NCBI RefSeq assembly: GCF_001194135.2
Contig: NC_068982.1
Span: forward strand, 114,865,371-114,922,849
Origin: Octopus bimaculoides
Lineage: Eukaryota
Direction: 5' to 3'
Length of the DNA: 57,479 bases
Shown: piece by piece, positions 22,501-35,300 of the stretch
Position numbering within the stretch: position 1 is the first letter of the stretch
Layout of the letters: each line of letters begins with the position of its first letter
Translations under genes and position numbers: made by a program
Notes under the pieces: generated by a model
Databases searched by the model: none
Told to the model about the DNA's origin: nothing
What the model saw: the letters and a program-made list of their open reading frames with translations, nothing else

Positions 22501-25500
22501 TGAGGTTCCACAAGTATAATGTGTATATACACAATTGAGCCTCTTGCCTAATTTCCTCATCAGCTTCCCCACTTTCTTTCTACCATTTATCTCTCCATCA
22601 TTTGCCTAAGTGCAATATTTTGTTGCTGTAATTAAATAAAGTAAAACTACATATTTTATCATCTTTTCTCACTACCAGGAACCACTTCTCTTGACACTAT
22701 CCTTCATTCTTAACATTGTTCCTCTCCACTCATGTTATGCATTGATCAGCCCATGTTGTGTGCTACCAAATTTTCTTTTCCTCTTTGCTAAACCACTTCC
22801 AGTTGACATGTCCATATTGCCATACATTTTTCACTCTCCTCACACACTACATCTGTCTCTCCACTCACATTCTTGCAGCAGACCCATGCACATGACATCT
22901 TCCTTTCATCCTTCTCCTGTCTACTATATTATTACTGTTCTGCTGCTCTTTACCCCTTTTCTTCTGCCTTCATACATAAATGCATGTATGTAGCTTAATG
23001 CTGAGAGTTAGAGTAAAAGCTTTTTGAGATTATGTCTTAAGAAAAGATGTATTTGATGGGCTTCTTTCACTTTCTGTCTACCATATCCATTTACAAGGCT
23101 TTGGTCAGTCCAGGACTATAGTAGAAGATACTTGCCCAAGGTACCATGTAGTGGAACTCAACCTGAAACCACATGGTTGGGAAGCAGGTATCTTAATTTC
23201 AAACACTAATCCCCACCAGTGCAATATGTATATTGATTTCAAGCATTGAGAATTTAGCAAACAATAGTAGTTTGTGTTGGTAAGTTGTAGGTTCATGTAT
23301 ATATGTGAAATGGTTTTTTTTTTGTTAACTGTTTATAGTGGTTGCCTGGATGCCGTCCCAAACATTTTACATAATGTACTGAGTGTAAAATACGACAGCA
23401 GCACAAGAGAGGTTGTCATGTGCCTGACAAGACAAGCCTAAATTGCCCTTTTGACCTTACAGTGTCTCTATGCATTTGTCATGGCACGTAAAATACATCA
23501 TTTCGAGCGTGACCATTGCCAGTACCTCCTGACTGGCCTTCGTGCTGGTTGCATGTAAAAGCACCCACTACACTCTCGGAGTGGTTGGCGTTAGGAAGGG
23601 CATCCAGCTGTAGAAACTCTGCCAAATCAGATTGGAGCCTGGTGTAGCCATCTGGTTCACCAGTCCTCAGTCAAATCGTTCAACCCATGCTAGCATGGAA
23701 AGCGGACGTTTAACGATGATGATGATGATTTGCAGTGTTCTGGGTGCATTTTATCATGGCATCATTACTAGTGAGGTTGCCTTGTACCGTACCAGATAAG
23801 TACTCATTGCTCAATGTTGTTGCTGTTCATTCTGGATAACACAATCAATAGAGTAGGTAGAAAAGAAAATTAGTGCAACAGAAGAAAATAAAAATGAACA
23901 AAAAACATGAGTATGAAGAAGGAAACACAGTAATGGGAGTGATAGTATGAGAGAGAAATGAAAGATGTAGTAATGTCAGAGATTAATCAGAATGACACTT
24001 ATCTACATGTTTGCCGGAAAGAAAGAGCAAGATGAACAGTTATAGATTATGACACTTGCCTCTTTTAGAAGAATTCGCTGTTGCAAGCACTCAGTTGTAG
24101 GTATCAACACTGGTACTATCCACTCATAGCTAATAGATAGCTGCTGTTGGATAGCACATATACCTGGCATACAATCCTTTATTCTGTTTTCCTCCATTTC
24201 ATGACAGTAGTCACTTGATTTTGAGAGGCTACTTATGGCTATTGACACAACTTCACCTCAACACTTATGTCTGCCACTCCTCTGGTCTTGGACACTTGAT
24301 TGTTGATGTTGTTTAACCCTTGGTCAGCCCTGACTGAGCAGATCTATACTTTTCTCTCAGCCTCTATATGATCATGCAATCTGTTTGAAATAGCAACTAA
24401 ATCCACCTCAAGTCATATATTGTCATTTTAAAACAAGAAAATAAACATTGAATAATGTAATCCTTGATATACTGTCTGAACTAAGATGGGATGCTCATGG
24501 CTAGAATGCCTGTAATCATATATGTGATGTATCAGAGCTAAGGGCACAGGTGTGGCTTATATTTAAGTCACTTTGCAACTTCCTGATTTCTGGTTCATTC
24601 CCACTGCATGTCTTCTACTATAATGTTAGGTAAAGCTCTTTGGGTAAAATTTGTAGCACACTAAGTGGAAGACCATCAGAAGGACCATTTCTGTTCTTAG
24701 GTTAAACTTACTCCATCGCCCAGTTTAACACCACCACCAAGTCCTTGAGTACCCTGAATGGAGTCCATTTTATTGCGAGCATTCAGACCAAGTCTGTGGT
24801 CTAAGGATAATATCTCTTAATCCAGTCTTGGAGGCCCTGGAAAAAGAGTCAAGTGGTTGCCCTTCTTCTGATTAAGTTATTACAAAAGTTAACTCACAAA
24901 ATAACATTATAATGAAATTAAAAACAACACTTCTAGTGATTGCTCTGAAATACTAAAATTAAAGAAAAGTCCTTTCTTTTATATTGCAGGTTCTTAGAAG
25001 TAGTCGTCGGTGTGGTGTTCAATATTTGCGTCCATATTCAAATGCAGGAGTCAATTTTTGTATGTGAGATCTTTCCTTTATTTTATTTATTTTATATTGT
25101 CTCTGGTAAACAATAGCATTATCGGTTATAAGTTTTCAATGGACTAGTTACTGATTTACTGCATTTAAAGGTAGTTAAAGTGACTAGGGTATATGTCTGT
25201 CTGAAGTTCAGGCATTTGTGTATAACAAAATTATGAATAGCATGTTTCAAAATGCTTAAGCATTACTATGAATTTTCAAAAGCATTTACCATTTTGATAT
25301 CGACTTGTCTGAAAATGCTCCTGGTTCTATGATACAAATTTCCTCTTTTAAAGTGATTTAAATCTAAACCTGACAAACATCATGGTAATTTATATTCCTA
25401 GCAACTGTTTATTATGGACAAATTATTTCATTAAATTTAATTGAAAGAATAACAATGTATTTACACAGGAATATGATAGTAAAAGGGTTAAATTATAGAT

Positions 25501-28500
25501 ACCCTTTGGGGTACACTGATGTTCCACTGCACATGGTTTGAGTAACTCTGCTTTAGGGTTTTATTTCAGACTAGCAAACACACCTGTCCTTTGGACAGTT
25601 AAGTTGCTTCAGTGGTATTTTTTTCACCAAATAATTGAACTACCAAGAAGGTTTATGAGTAGCACGGCAATCTATGTTTCTGATTAATCTAGGAATGTAA
25701 AACCAAATTGAAGGCTGGTTGTTGTGTAGGTCATTGCACTTTAATGATCATAGAACATATAAGTTTGCAAGCAATGCGAAGTAGAGCTGCTGAAGTGTTT
25801 TGGGAGTAAATTACAGATAATGACTACAAAATATAGTTGTTTTACATGAAAGTGAAATTTCTTGTGATTGTTTAAAAAAGACTAGAACGACAATGCTAAA
25901 ACATATTTGAAACAATGGACAACAGTTGAAATATAATGGATGGGTAAATAAGCATCCTTAAAGTGAAACAACGCATTGGTAGGTAAACAAAGGTATCAAC
26001 AAACAGAAGAGCAGGAAGGGAACATTACCTTTCAAGTAACTCAGAATAGGTAAAGGTAAGCCTGCCAAAGTTTAATGCAGTTTAAATATGGAGATTAAGA
26101 ATGTTTGGTTTTGGATATTCATTGTGTACAGTGTTCCTAGTTAATTTAATCACCATTGCAGGTAGACAGTCAAAATAAATAAATAGGCAAAATCCTTTTA
26201 CTTCTATAATATTCTCTAACGAAAACACTTGAACAATACACACCAATATACATATAAAAAAAATATAGAAAGTAATAATACACAATTACAACATATAAAT
26301 AAATAATAAATCAAAAAAATGTGCTAACAACAAAAAAATATTCTGTAATGCAAATATATGACCATATACATTAAAAAAGTATGGAAAACAGTCAAAATAA
26401 ATAAATAGACAAAATCCTTTCATTTTTATAATATTCTCTAACCAAAACAATCAATACACACCAATACACATTTTAAAAAAAATATAGAAAGTAATGATAC
26501 ACAATTACAACATATAAATAAATAATAAATTTAAAAAATGTGAAAAACCACTATAACATATTCCCTAATGCTGATATATGACCATATAGATTAAAAAATT
26601 ATGGAAGACACTACATAAAAAAAAAACTATACATACAGCAAATTATGGAAAAACCCGTGTTAACCACCGTTTTTCCCGGTTTGTCCATTTACGTGGGAGC
26701 TCTGGGCAAAATGTTATAATGCATGACCATCCTTGGGTCATAAGTGATGTGTGTGTGAAGTTTGGTGAAAATCACTTGAGAATTGTGGAAATGTATGTGT
26801 TAGTCAATATACACACACATACTGTGATTTATATATTAGATAAAACCCTAGTCTGTTGTGATAATCATCTTCAAGGATATGGTGTAATTTATTAATTTCT
26901 ATCTTTGGCACAATGTCATACATGTGTAACAAAGTGATATAAAATTTTAATGACTCTGAAAGGCAAATTTGAACTTAGAACAGAAAAGAATGAGACAAAA
27001 TGCTTTCAAATATTTTTCATGTAAGATAGGAGGAGGGACCATCTTTATGAATTTTGGAAGTCTGTCTCCCAGAGTGGTTAGATTGATGTTGTTGATGTTC
27101 AGTTTGAACACCAGTAGGTTGGTGTCTAGGAAAAAATGTAAGCCAGATGGGAATTACTTAAGATTACAGTTCTGGAGAAAAGGACTTGGAGAAGTACTTA
27201 ATACGTTGTCTTGGCAGTAAAACCACATCTAGGATGATCAAAAGAAGTATCTAATAAGTGAGCTTGAGAGAAAAGAATATGGAGCTTGTTCGGAGAATTA
27301 GAGATTTGTAGCAGTAATAGAAGAAACATTGTGTCTGTGATCCACATCTAGTGGTTGTAGTCAATTGATGACTGAATCCTTGTTAATTAATTAAATAATT
27401 TTCTGTGTAATGGCATTACTGTTCCAGATGTGGTGCAATACACTAATTTGGGGCTTACTTGTACTTTGTAGAGGTTAAAAACTCAATCAAGTCTGATGTA
27501 TTTCCTCGGCCCCTTAAGGAATCTAAGTGTTTGTGATACAGTTTTTGACAATGTGATATGTGGAGTTGCCATAAGAGATTATCAGTAATTATGAGGATTA
27601 GCTTTTGTAGTGACTTTGGACTTAAGATAATGTGGTAGAAGATTGTTTCATTGGTATGTTTAGTTACTGAGTCTTTGCTATGGAAAGAGACACAACTGAC
27701 CTTATCTTTTGCTCTTTTTTTTTTATATATCTTTACAGTACTTACTGAAGATCAGAAAGATATGCAGCAACTTGCTCGCAAGTTTGCCCGGGAAGAAATT
27801 ATACCAGTTGCAGCACATCATGACAAAACTGGAGAAGTTAGTTGTTTGATTATATTAATACTATTGTCTCTATATATAAAAGTGAAATGGCCGAAAATTG
27901 TATGTTTGTGTGTCTCATTTAGTGGTTATGCAGGATTCAATGGCATTAGGTGTGCTCAGATTGCAGTGAAAATTTACAGGGACATGTAAAATGAGGCGAG
28001 GAAGCGACTGGACTAGGTTAGAAATCTCCATCTCAAAAGCTGTAGTTACTAGGGCAACAAAACCAAAACTTTTGAGAAATGTTTATCGTTTCTCTCTTTC
28101 AGATATCACCCTGTCTTCCTCGATCTCTCTCTTCCCTCCCTTCCCTCCACTATAATGACGTTTGACAGCTTCCTCTCTCTTTCCCTCTCTGCCTTCGCCG
28201 TCTCTCTGTCGCTCTTTCTCCCACCGCCTCTCTCTCTGTACATCTGTCTGTATCTATAGAGAGAAAGCATTGACAGCTGCAAAAGTTTAAATATTCCTGC
28301 CACAGGTCTTTTACAGTGGNNNNNNNNNNNNNNNNNNNNNNNNNNNNNNNNNNNNNNNNNNNNNNNNNNNNNNNNNNNNNNNNNNNNNNNNNNNNNNNNN
28401 NNNNNNNNNNNNNNNNNNNNNNNNNNNNNNNNNNNNNNNNNNNNNNNNNNNNNNNNNNNNNNNNNNNNNNNNNNNNNNNNNNNNNNNNNNNNNNNNNNNN

Positions 28501-28618
28501 NNNNNNNNNNNNNNNNNNNNNNNNNNNNNNNNNNNNNNNNNNNNNNNNNNNNNNNNNNNATATATATATATATATATATATACATATATACATATAATGT
28601 GTATACATATATATATAA

Positions 28619-28679
<61 letters not shown>

Positions 28680-29128
28680 TAAATATCTATATTTATATAT
28701 ATGTGTGTACATATATAGTGTGTATACATATGTATATATAATGCGTACATATATATAATAGTGGAGGCACAATGGCCTAGTGGTTAGGGCAGTGGACTCG
28801 CGGTCGGAGGATTGCAGTTTTGATTCCCAGACCGGGCTTTGTGTGTGTTTATTGAATGCAAACACCTAAAAGCTCCACAAGGCTCCACCAGGGGGTGGTG
28901 GCGACCCCTGTTATACTCTTTTGCCCCAACTTTCTCTCACTCTTTCTTCCTGCTTCTTGAGTAAAGCTGTGATGGACTGGCGTCCTGTCCAACTGGGGGA
29001 GGGGGACACATACACCATAGAAACAAGGAAACCTGGCCCATGAGCCTGGCTAGGCTTTAAAAGGGGCGCATAAAAAATAAAAAATATATATATAATGCGT
29101 ATATATGTACATATATATATTTAATGTG

Positions 29129-29170
<42 letters not shown>

Positions 29171-32100
29171 GTGTGCATATGTGGTCGAATTAAGCTGAAA
29201 ATATGCACACCTATGTTACAAGTGCTGGCAAGTTTGCATGGCAACTCTGAGTTTGCTCAATTGAAAGGTGTGGCCTCTAGGGCAAAATTCATCTTTTAAA
29301 ATGTGGCCTGAACGAAATCAGGTTATAATAACCAAACAAGTAAAACAATGAAAAACTATGCCATTTTAATCCTGACTAAGGCCAGGTATCTCTGTAAGTC
29401 TACTACATTTTTATGAAAAGGGCGGATGTTGTCTCACAAGCAGTTGTGAAGGCAAAAGTGTTAGTAAATGTGGTTGGATTGAGCTGAAAATTTGCACGCC
29501 TATGTAAAAAGTCCTGCCGAGTTTGCTCAGTTGAAAAGCGTGGCCTCTAGGGCAAAATTCCTCATCTTTTAAAATGTGGGCCACATAGATCTGAATGAAA
29601 TTGGGTTATAATACCGAAACAAATAAAACAATAATAAAGTATTTTAATCTTGAGCAAGGCCGGGTTTCTCTGCTAGTTTTTCTCTAAACATGCAATGAAA
29701 GAGACAGTGTTCATGATTTTTAAAGGCTCTAAAAGCTCTCTCAGACTGGTGAAACTGATATGACTTCTGACCATTCTGAACATTTGTAGTCTGAGAGAAC
29801 ATTGAAAGCTTATTTAATTGCAGAATTAGTTGTTGACATGTCCTGTTATACCACTGTTGAATATTGTTAAAATACTGGGGGCAATATACTGTTATACAAC
29901 TGACCTGCTATAATTGAATAAGATACTCTCATACAACAGTGGGATATTGACACATTCTCGTATGTAACATTGGGGATATTGATGTGTCCTGTCATGCAAT
30001 AGAATAGTTATAGGTTCATTTATACAATAGAGCATCGATATGGCTTCTTATATTTTGGATATTCACATGTCCTGTTATATAACTCTGGTATAATGATATG
30101 GCTTATTTTAAAGCTGTACAATATTGACAAGTCCTGTTATATATCTCTAGATTATTCATATGACTTGTGATATTACAAGTTATTGATAAGGCAATTCTCT
30201 TTCTGCTAGTAATGAAATTTGTCTTCAAAAATATTTTTAATGAAAAATTTCATTATAAAATGTATTTCTCATATATTGTTTTAAAATGTTTTCTTCTCTT
30301 TTTCAGTATCCTTGGGATATCATAAAGAAAGTATTTGATATTGGCCTTATAAATACACACATTCCTAAAGAGTATGGTAAGTCCTTAAGCATTAATAAAA
30401 AATTAATCATCCATCCACCCATCCATTTTCAGGGCCAACCATTCCTAGGAGGGTCAGAAGCAACCATTACATTTTCCTGCTAGATTCCCAAGTGTGACCA
30501 AATGAGACTACAGATATTATCCAACCATCTTATTTGTGGTCTAGCCCTAAGTTTCTTCCTGGTTAGCTTGACTTAAAGAATCAATCTTGTGATCCTTTCC
30601 TGTGGCATTCTAACCACATGTCTGTTGTACCAGAGCTGTGACCTCTCAATATGGAGAAGTAGCAACTCAGCTTAGAGAGATTTCCTGCTCTTTGAGCTAT
30701 GCACCCTGTCAAGTAATGCTACTTCAGAAATCCTTTGAAGAAACTCCATTTCAGCTATGTATTTTTTAAATTATACTCTTTTAGTCTTTATCTGATGGCC
30801 ATGAACATAGGCAAGGATAGGCACCAAAACTGATTAGAAGATAGCAAGTTTGGTGTTTTTACCAATGTCTCCTCTAAAGATTGAAGTTAATCGCAGTCAC
30901 TAAATTTACATATATATTTTCCCGATACCTACTGATGACATTAGGGTAGAGGATTAACAAAATTGTTAAAGCATCAGTATTTCTTCCAGCTGTTTATATA
31001 CTGAGTTCAAACCCTACTGAGGTTAACTTTGCCGTTTATCCTTCTGAGGTCAATAAAATAAAGTACTAGTCAAGTACTGGTGTCAGCGGTGTCAACTAAA
31101 CTTCTCTTCTATGCTCAAATCATCATTATCATTATCATTATCATCATTTAACATCTGTTGTCCATGCTGGCATGGGTTGGACGGTTTGACCAGGTCTGGC
31201 AAGCTGGAAGGCTGCACCAGACTCCAGTCTGATTTGGTATGGCTGTTTTTCATGTTGCATCCTTTTCTTTTGTCACTTTGCATTTCAGCAAATAGAGATT
31301 GATAGAATTAGTATCCGACTTACAATTCACTAGGTATCTTTCCATTAGCATCGTTTTCTTATCCATTACCATCAGGGTCCAAATTAGTTCTTATTCAGAG
31401 TTCCTGAATGAGTCAGACAACCATTTTTTCTTTGCATGTCTCAGGTTTTCTTGATAATATTTTCTTTTTTTTTTGTATTTTTACAGGTGGTTTGGGTTTA
31501 GGAATAACAGATGCTTGTATTACAACGGAAGAATTAGCTTATGCATGTACAGGTATCCAAACTGCAATTGAAGCAAATTCCCTTGGGGTAAGTTAATACA
31601 TTGCAAGAAAACAAGACTGAACTGCATGTTTATTGTAGCTCTAGAAAATAGTGTTATTAGGGACTGCTAGGATATTAAGAAGAGTTCTTGGCATCTAAGG
31701 TTACTTGTTATAGCCTGATGTTAGGAATTTTTCTTTTCCAACAGTTTAATCTGTTGTGTGCATATGAAATAATAATTTATAACCTAAGGAAAAGACCAAA
31801 ATTTTGGGGAAGGATGTTAGTCAATACTATTGACCTCAGTATCTATTGGTATTTTACTTTATTGCTCCCAGAGGGATGACAAACAAAGCTGACTTTTGTA
31901 GGACTTGTACTTAGAATTTAAAGAACCAGAACAAATATGAAATGGCAATTTGTCTTACTTGTTAATGATTCATCCAAATCACATCCTTTATTTGATGAGT
32001 ATTTTATTTCATCGCCCCCAGGGGATGGAATACAAGAACATAAGGAGCTGGAACAAATACTGCAATACATTGTGTCTGACACTAACAATTTTGCTGATTC

Positions 32101-32317
32101 ACAATCCTAAGAATAATTATTTTCAATTTAGGCACAGGGCCAGCAATTTTGTGGGGATGGTGTTAATGCCTTCAACCACTTCACTAAACTATTTCTTCAC
32201 ATGCCCTGGAGTGGGGAAAAGGTAAAGCTGATTTGAACTCAGAACATAAAGAGCTGGAACAAATACTGGTACAGAGTAACTGTTCTAACACTTTAATGAT
32301 ACTGTCATCATGCTTAT

Positions 32318-32353
<36 letters not shown>

Positions 32354-35300
32354 TAATGGTTTCAAATTTTGGCACAAGGCCAGCAGGTTTGTGGTGGGGT
32401 AAATCGATTAAATCAACCTCAGTGTTCAACTGCTACTTATTCTATTGACCCCAAAACAATGAAGAGCAAAGTCTACCTCAGTGAAATTTGATCTCAGAAT
32501 GTAAAGATGGTCAAAATGTTGGTATGCTAATCATTTTACCTGCTCTCCACAATAATAAAGATGATGATAATAATAATAATAATAATGATCCTTTCACTAT
32601 AGGCACAAGGCCTGAAAGTTTGGGGGAGGGGATAAATTGATCACATTGACCCCAGTACTTGACTGTTACTTAATTTATCGACCCCATAAAGATGAAAGGC
32701 AAAGTTGACCTTTGTGGAATTTGAACTCAGAACATAAAGACAGCTGAAATGCCGTTAAGCATTCTGCCTGGCATGCTAACGATTCTGCCAGCTCACCGCC
32801 TTAATAATAATAATATCTCGGAGTAATTGTTTTTTTATATAGCTTCTTTGCTTCTCTTTTATACAGCAAGTACCAGTAATTTTAGCAGGAAATGATGCCC
32901 AAAAGAAGAAATATCTTGGACGAATGCTAGAAGAGCTACTGATGTGTGTAGGTTGATTGCTGAATATCTTTTCTGTTTTAAAGTTTTACATGATACACAA
33001 TATTGTTATCACTGACAAAAAGAAAACTTAACTTCATAGTTATCATTGCCAATTCCATTGTTATTTTCACCACTGATGCTATTATCCTCAATGATGTCAT
33101 CATCATCATTAATGTAATCATCATCATCATCATTATCGTGCTAAGTGTCTATTAAGGTATTACTATTCTATGATGTATCATTATAGAGTGTACATGGATT
33201 TGAAAGAGCATCTTCAGTTGTAGATTCAAAGAATTAAGATAACTATCGTTATGTTTTGACCTCTTTATACCAGAATTATTAATTACTCACATTTTCCGAC
33301 ACCAGTCAGTATATATAGATATATTTTTTTTTTTGCTGCAAACATTCCTACAAAAATAAAAAAAACAAAACAATTAGTACTACAAAACCAGTTAAAAAAA
33401 AACATTCGTAGTTCTTTCCCTTGCTATCTCAGCCATGACTACTGTAAGTTGATATATTTTTTTTTTAATCATCGTATTTAATCCTACAGTGTTTGTTCGT
33501 GATGCTGAAAGCATTGGAAATAATAAACCCTGCCTTTTAATTATTTAAATATGTAATCATCTGACCCATGGAAGTATGGAAAAGTGGACGTTAAACGAGG
33601 AGAAGAAAGAGGAGGTGAGGAGTACAACATCCATGGTGAACCAACAAGGTAGCTTCAATGTAGTCACTAAAGTAGCAAAAAGCAGTTGCTAAATTTCTTT
33701 TAAATACGTACTGTCTTAAAAAAAGGGTTTACTGAATAATGCACCCCCAGGTACACTATAATTTTTCTTTTTTTTTTTTTCTAAACAACTTGCAGATGCA
33801 AGTGTTACCAGTTGAAAGCTCCACGTATCGGATGCTAGCAAGTTTATGGGGTCATCAGGAAAGAATGTGCACCGTTTTGGGGTCTTCTTCTCAATGCTAT
33901 CATTGTGCACTGACCCCTACTCACTGAAATGAGGTCCCACTTGCTAGATCAACTGGTTATCAGGTTTTGCTCAATATTTTAGCCATTGCTCATAATCTCT
34001 TTTTAGTATGGTAAAAATTGGATCTTCATAACTAACTGGCATGCTATTGATTATAGGTCTGAATTATAACTGATCTGGAGCTTAACAACGAGAACATCAT
34101 TTATAGAAGTGCACTAGCAAAATAAATAATTAAATAAGATTGCAACCAAGCATGGACATACATGCAACCGATCAGCGTTCATCATATATAGCTAATATCA
34201 ACAAATTAAAATGATAATGTTTTCTGACTTTGAAATATTGATGTTAATAGTTTGGGTAGTAGACTTAATATTGCCTGGTTCAGCACCACCACCTGGCTCT
34301 TGGGTTCCACACTTTTGCAAACATTGAGGTTAGGTTGGTCTCTGGTCTGATCTGATAGTAACTACTTCCTCTTTTCCTCCACCAGTTTTGGATGCTCTGG
34401 AAAAATCATAGGTACTGCTGTTTCTCTACATTAAAAAGAAGCAACAACAAAGCAAATGAAAATAAAATAAAGTTTTGTGGATATAAGCATAAATTAAATA
34501 AATTAAAGCATGTTTAAATATTGAAGCATTCTGTTTAAAGAACTAAAGAGATGAGCATATAATTATAGTTCTTGTTTCTTTTCCTGTTTTAGGCTTATTG
34601 TGTGACTGAACCAGGTGCTGGCTCTGATGTTGCTGGTCTCAAAACAAAAGCTGTAAAGAAAGGCAATGAATATGTGATCAATGGTCAAAAAATGTGGATA
34701 ACAAATGGAGGTGTTGCTAATTGGTATTTTTTGTTGGCACGAACAGATCCAGACCCCAAAACACCAGCCGGTAAAGCTTTTACTGGTTTCATTATAGATG
34801 CGGATACACCTGGAATAATAAAAGGCAGAAAGGTATGTAAGCAGTAGAGATGGTTACTCTCAATCTAGAAAAGGTTCCCTTTAATACATAAGCCATGCTA
34901 TCTCTGATATATATATATGTATGTATGTATATATATACGTAATGTAAATGTCGAACAATGAGAGTGAGTGCTCAACACCACATTGGTGGATAAAATTTCT
35001 TTATTTGTGTATTAAGGCTACCATTGGTTTCATATTTTCATCCAAAAGAGAGATGAACACCATTCCTGCATGTGGTCGGCTTGAAAAAGATTAAGATATT
35101 TTCTTTTGACATGAAACCAATGGTAGTCGTAATATACAAATAAAGATATTCTCTTTAAACGTTAAGACCAGAGTAGGTAAGATCTACCTTAGTTTAGTTG
35201 ATAGACACTTCTGTACTAATAGATTCAACAAAATATTTAATAGATATACCCTGAGATTATCCTTTAGCTGTGCATTTAGTGTAAAAAAGATTTTAGTAGG

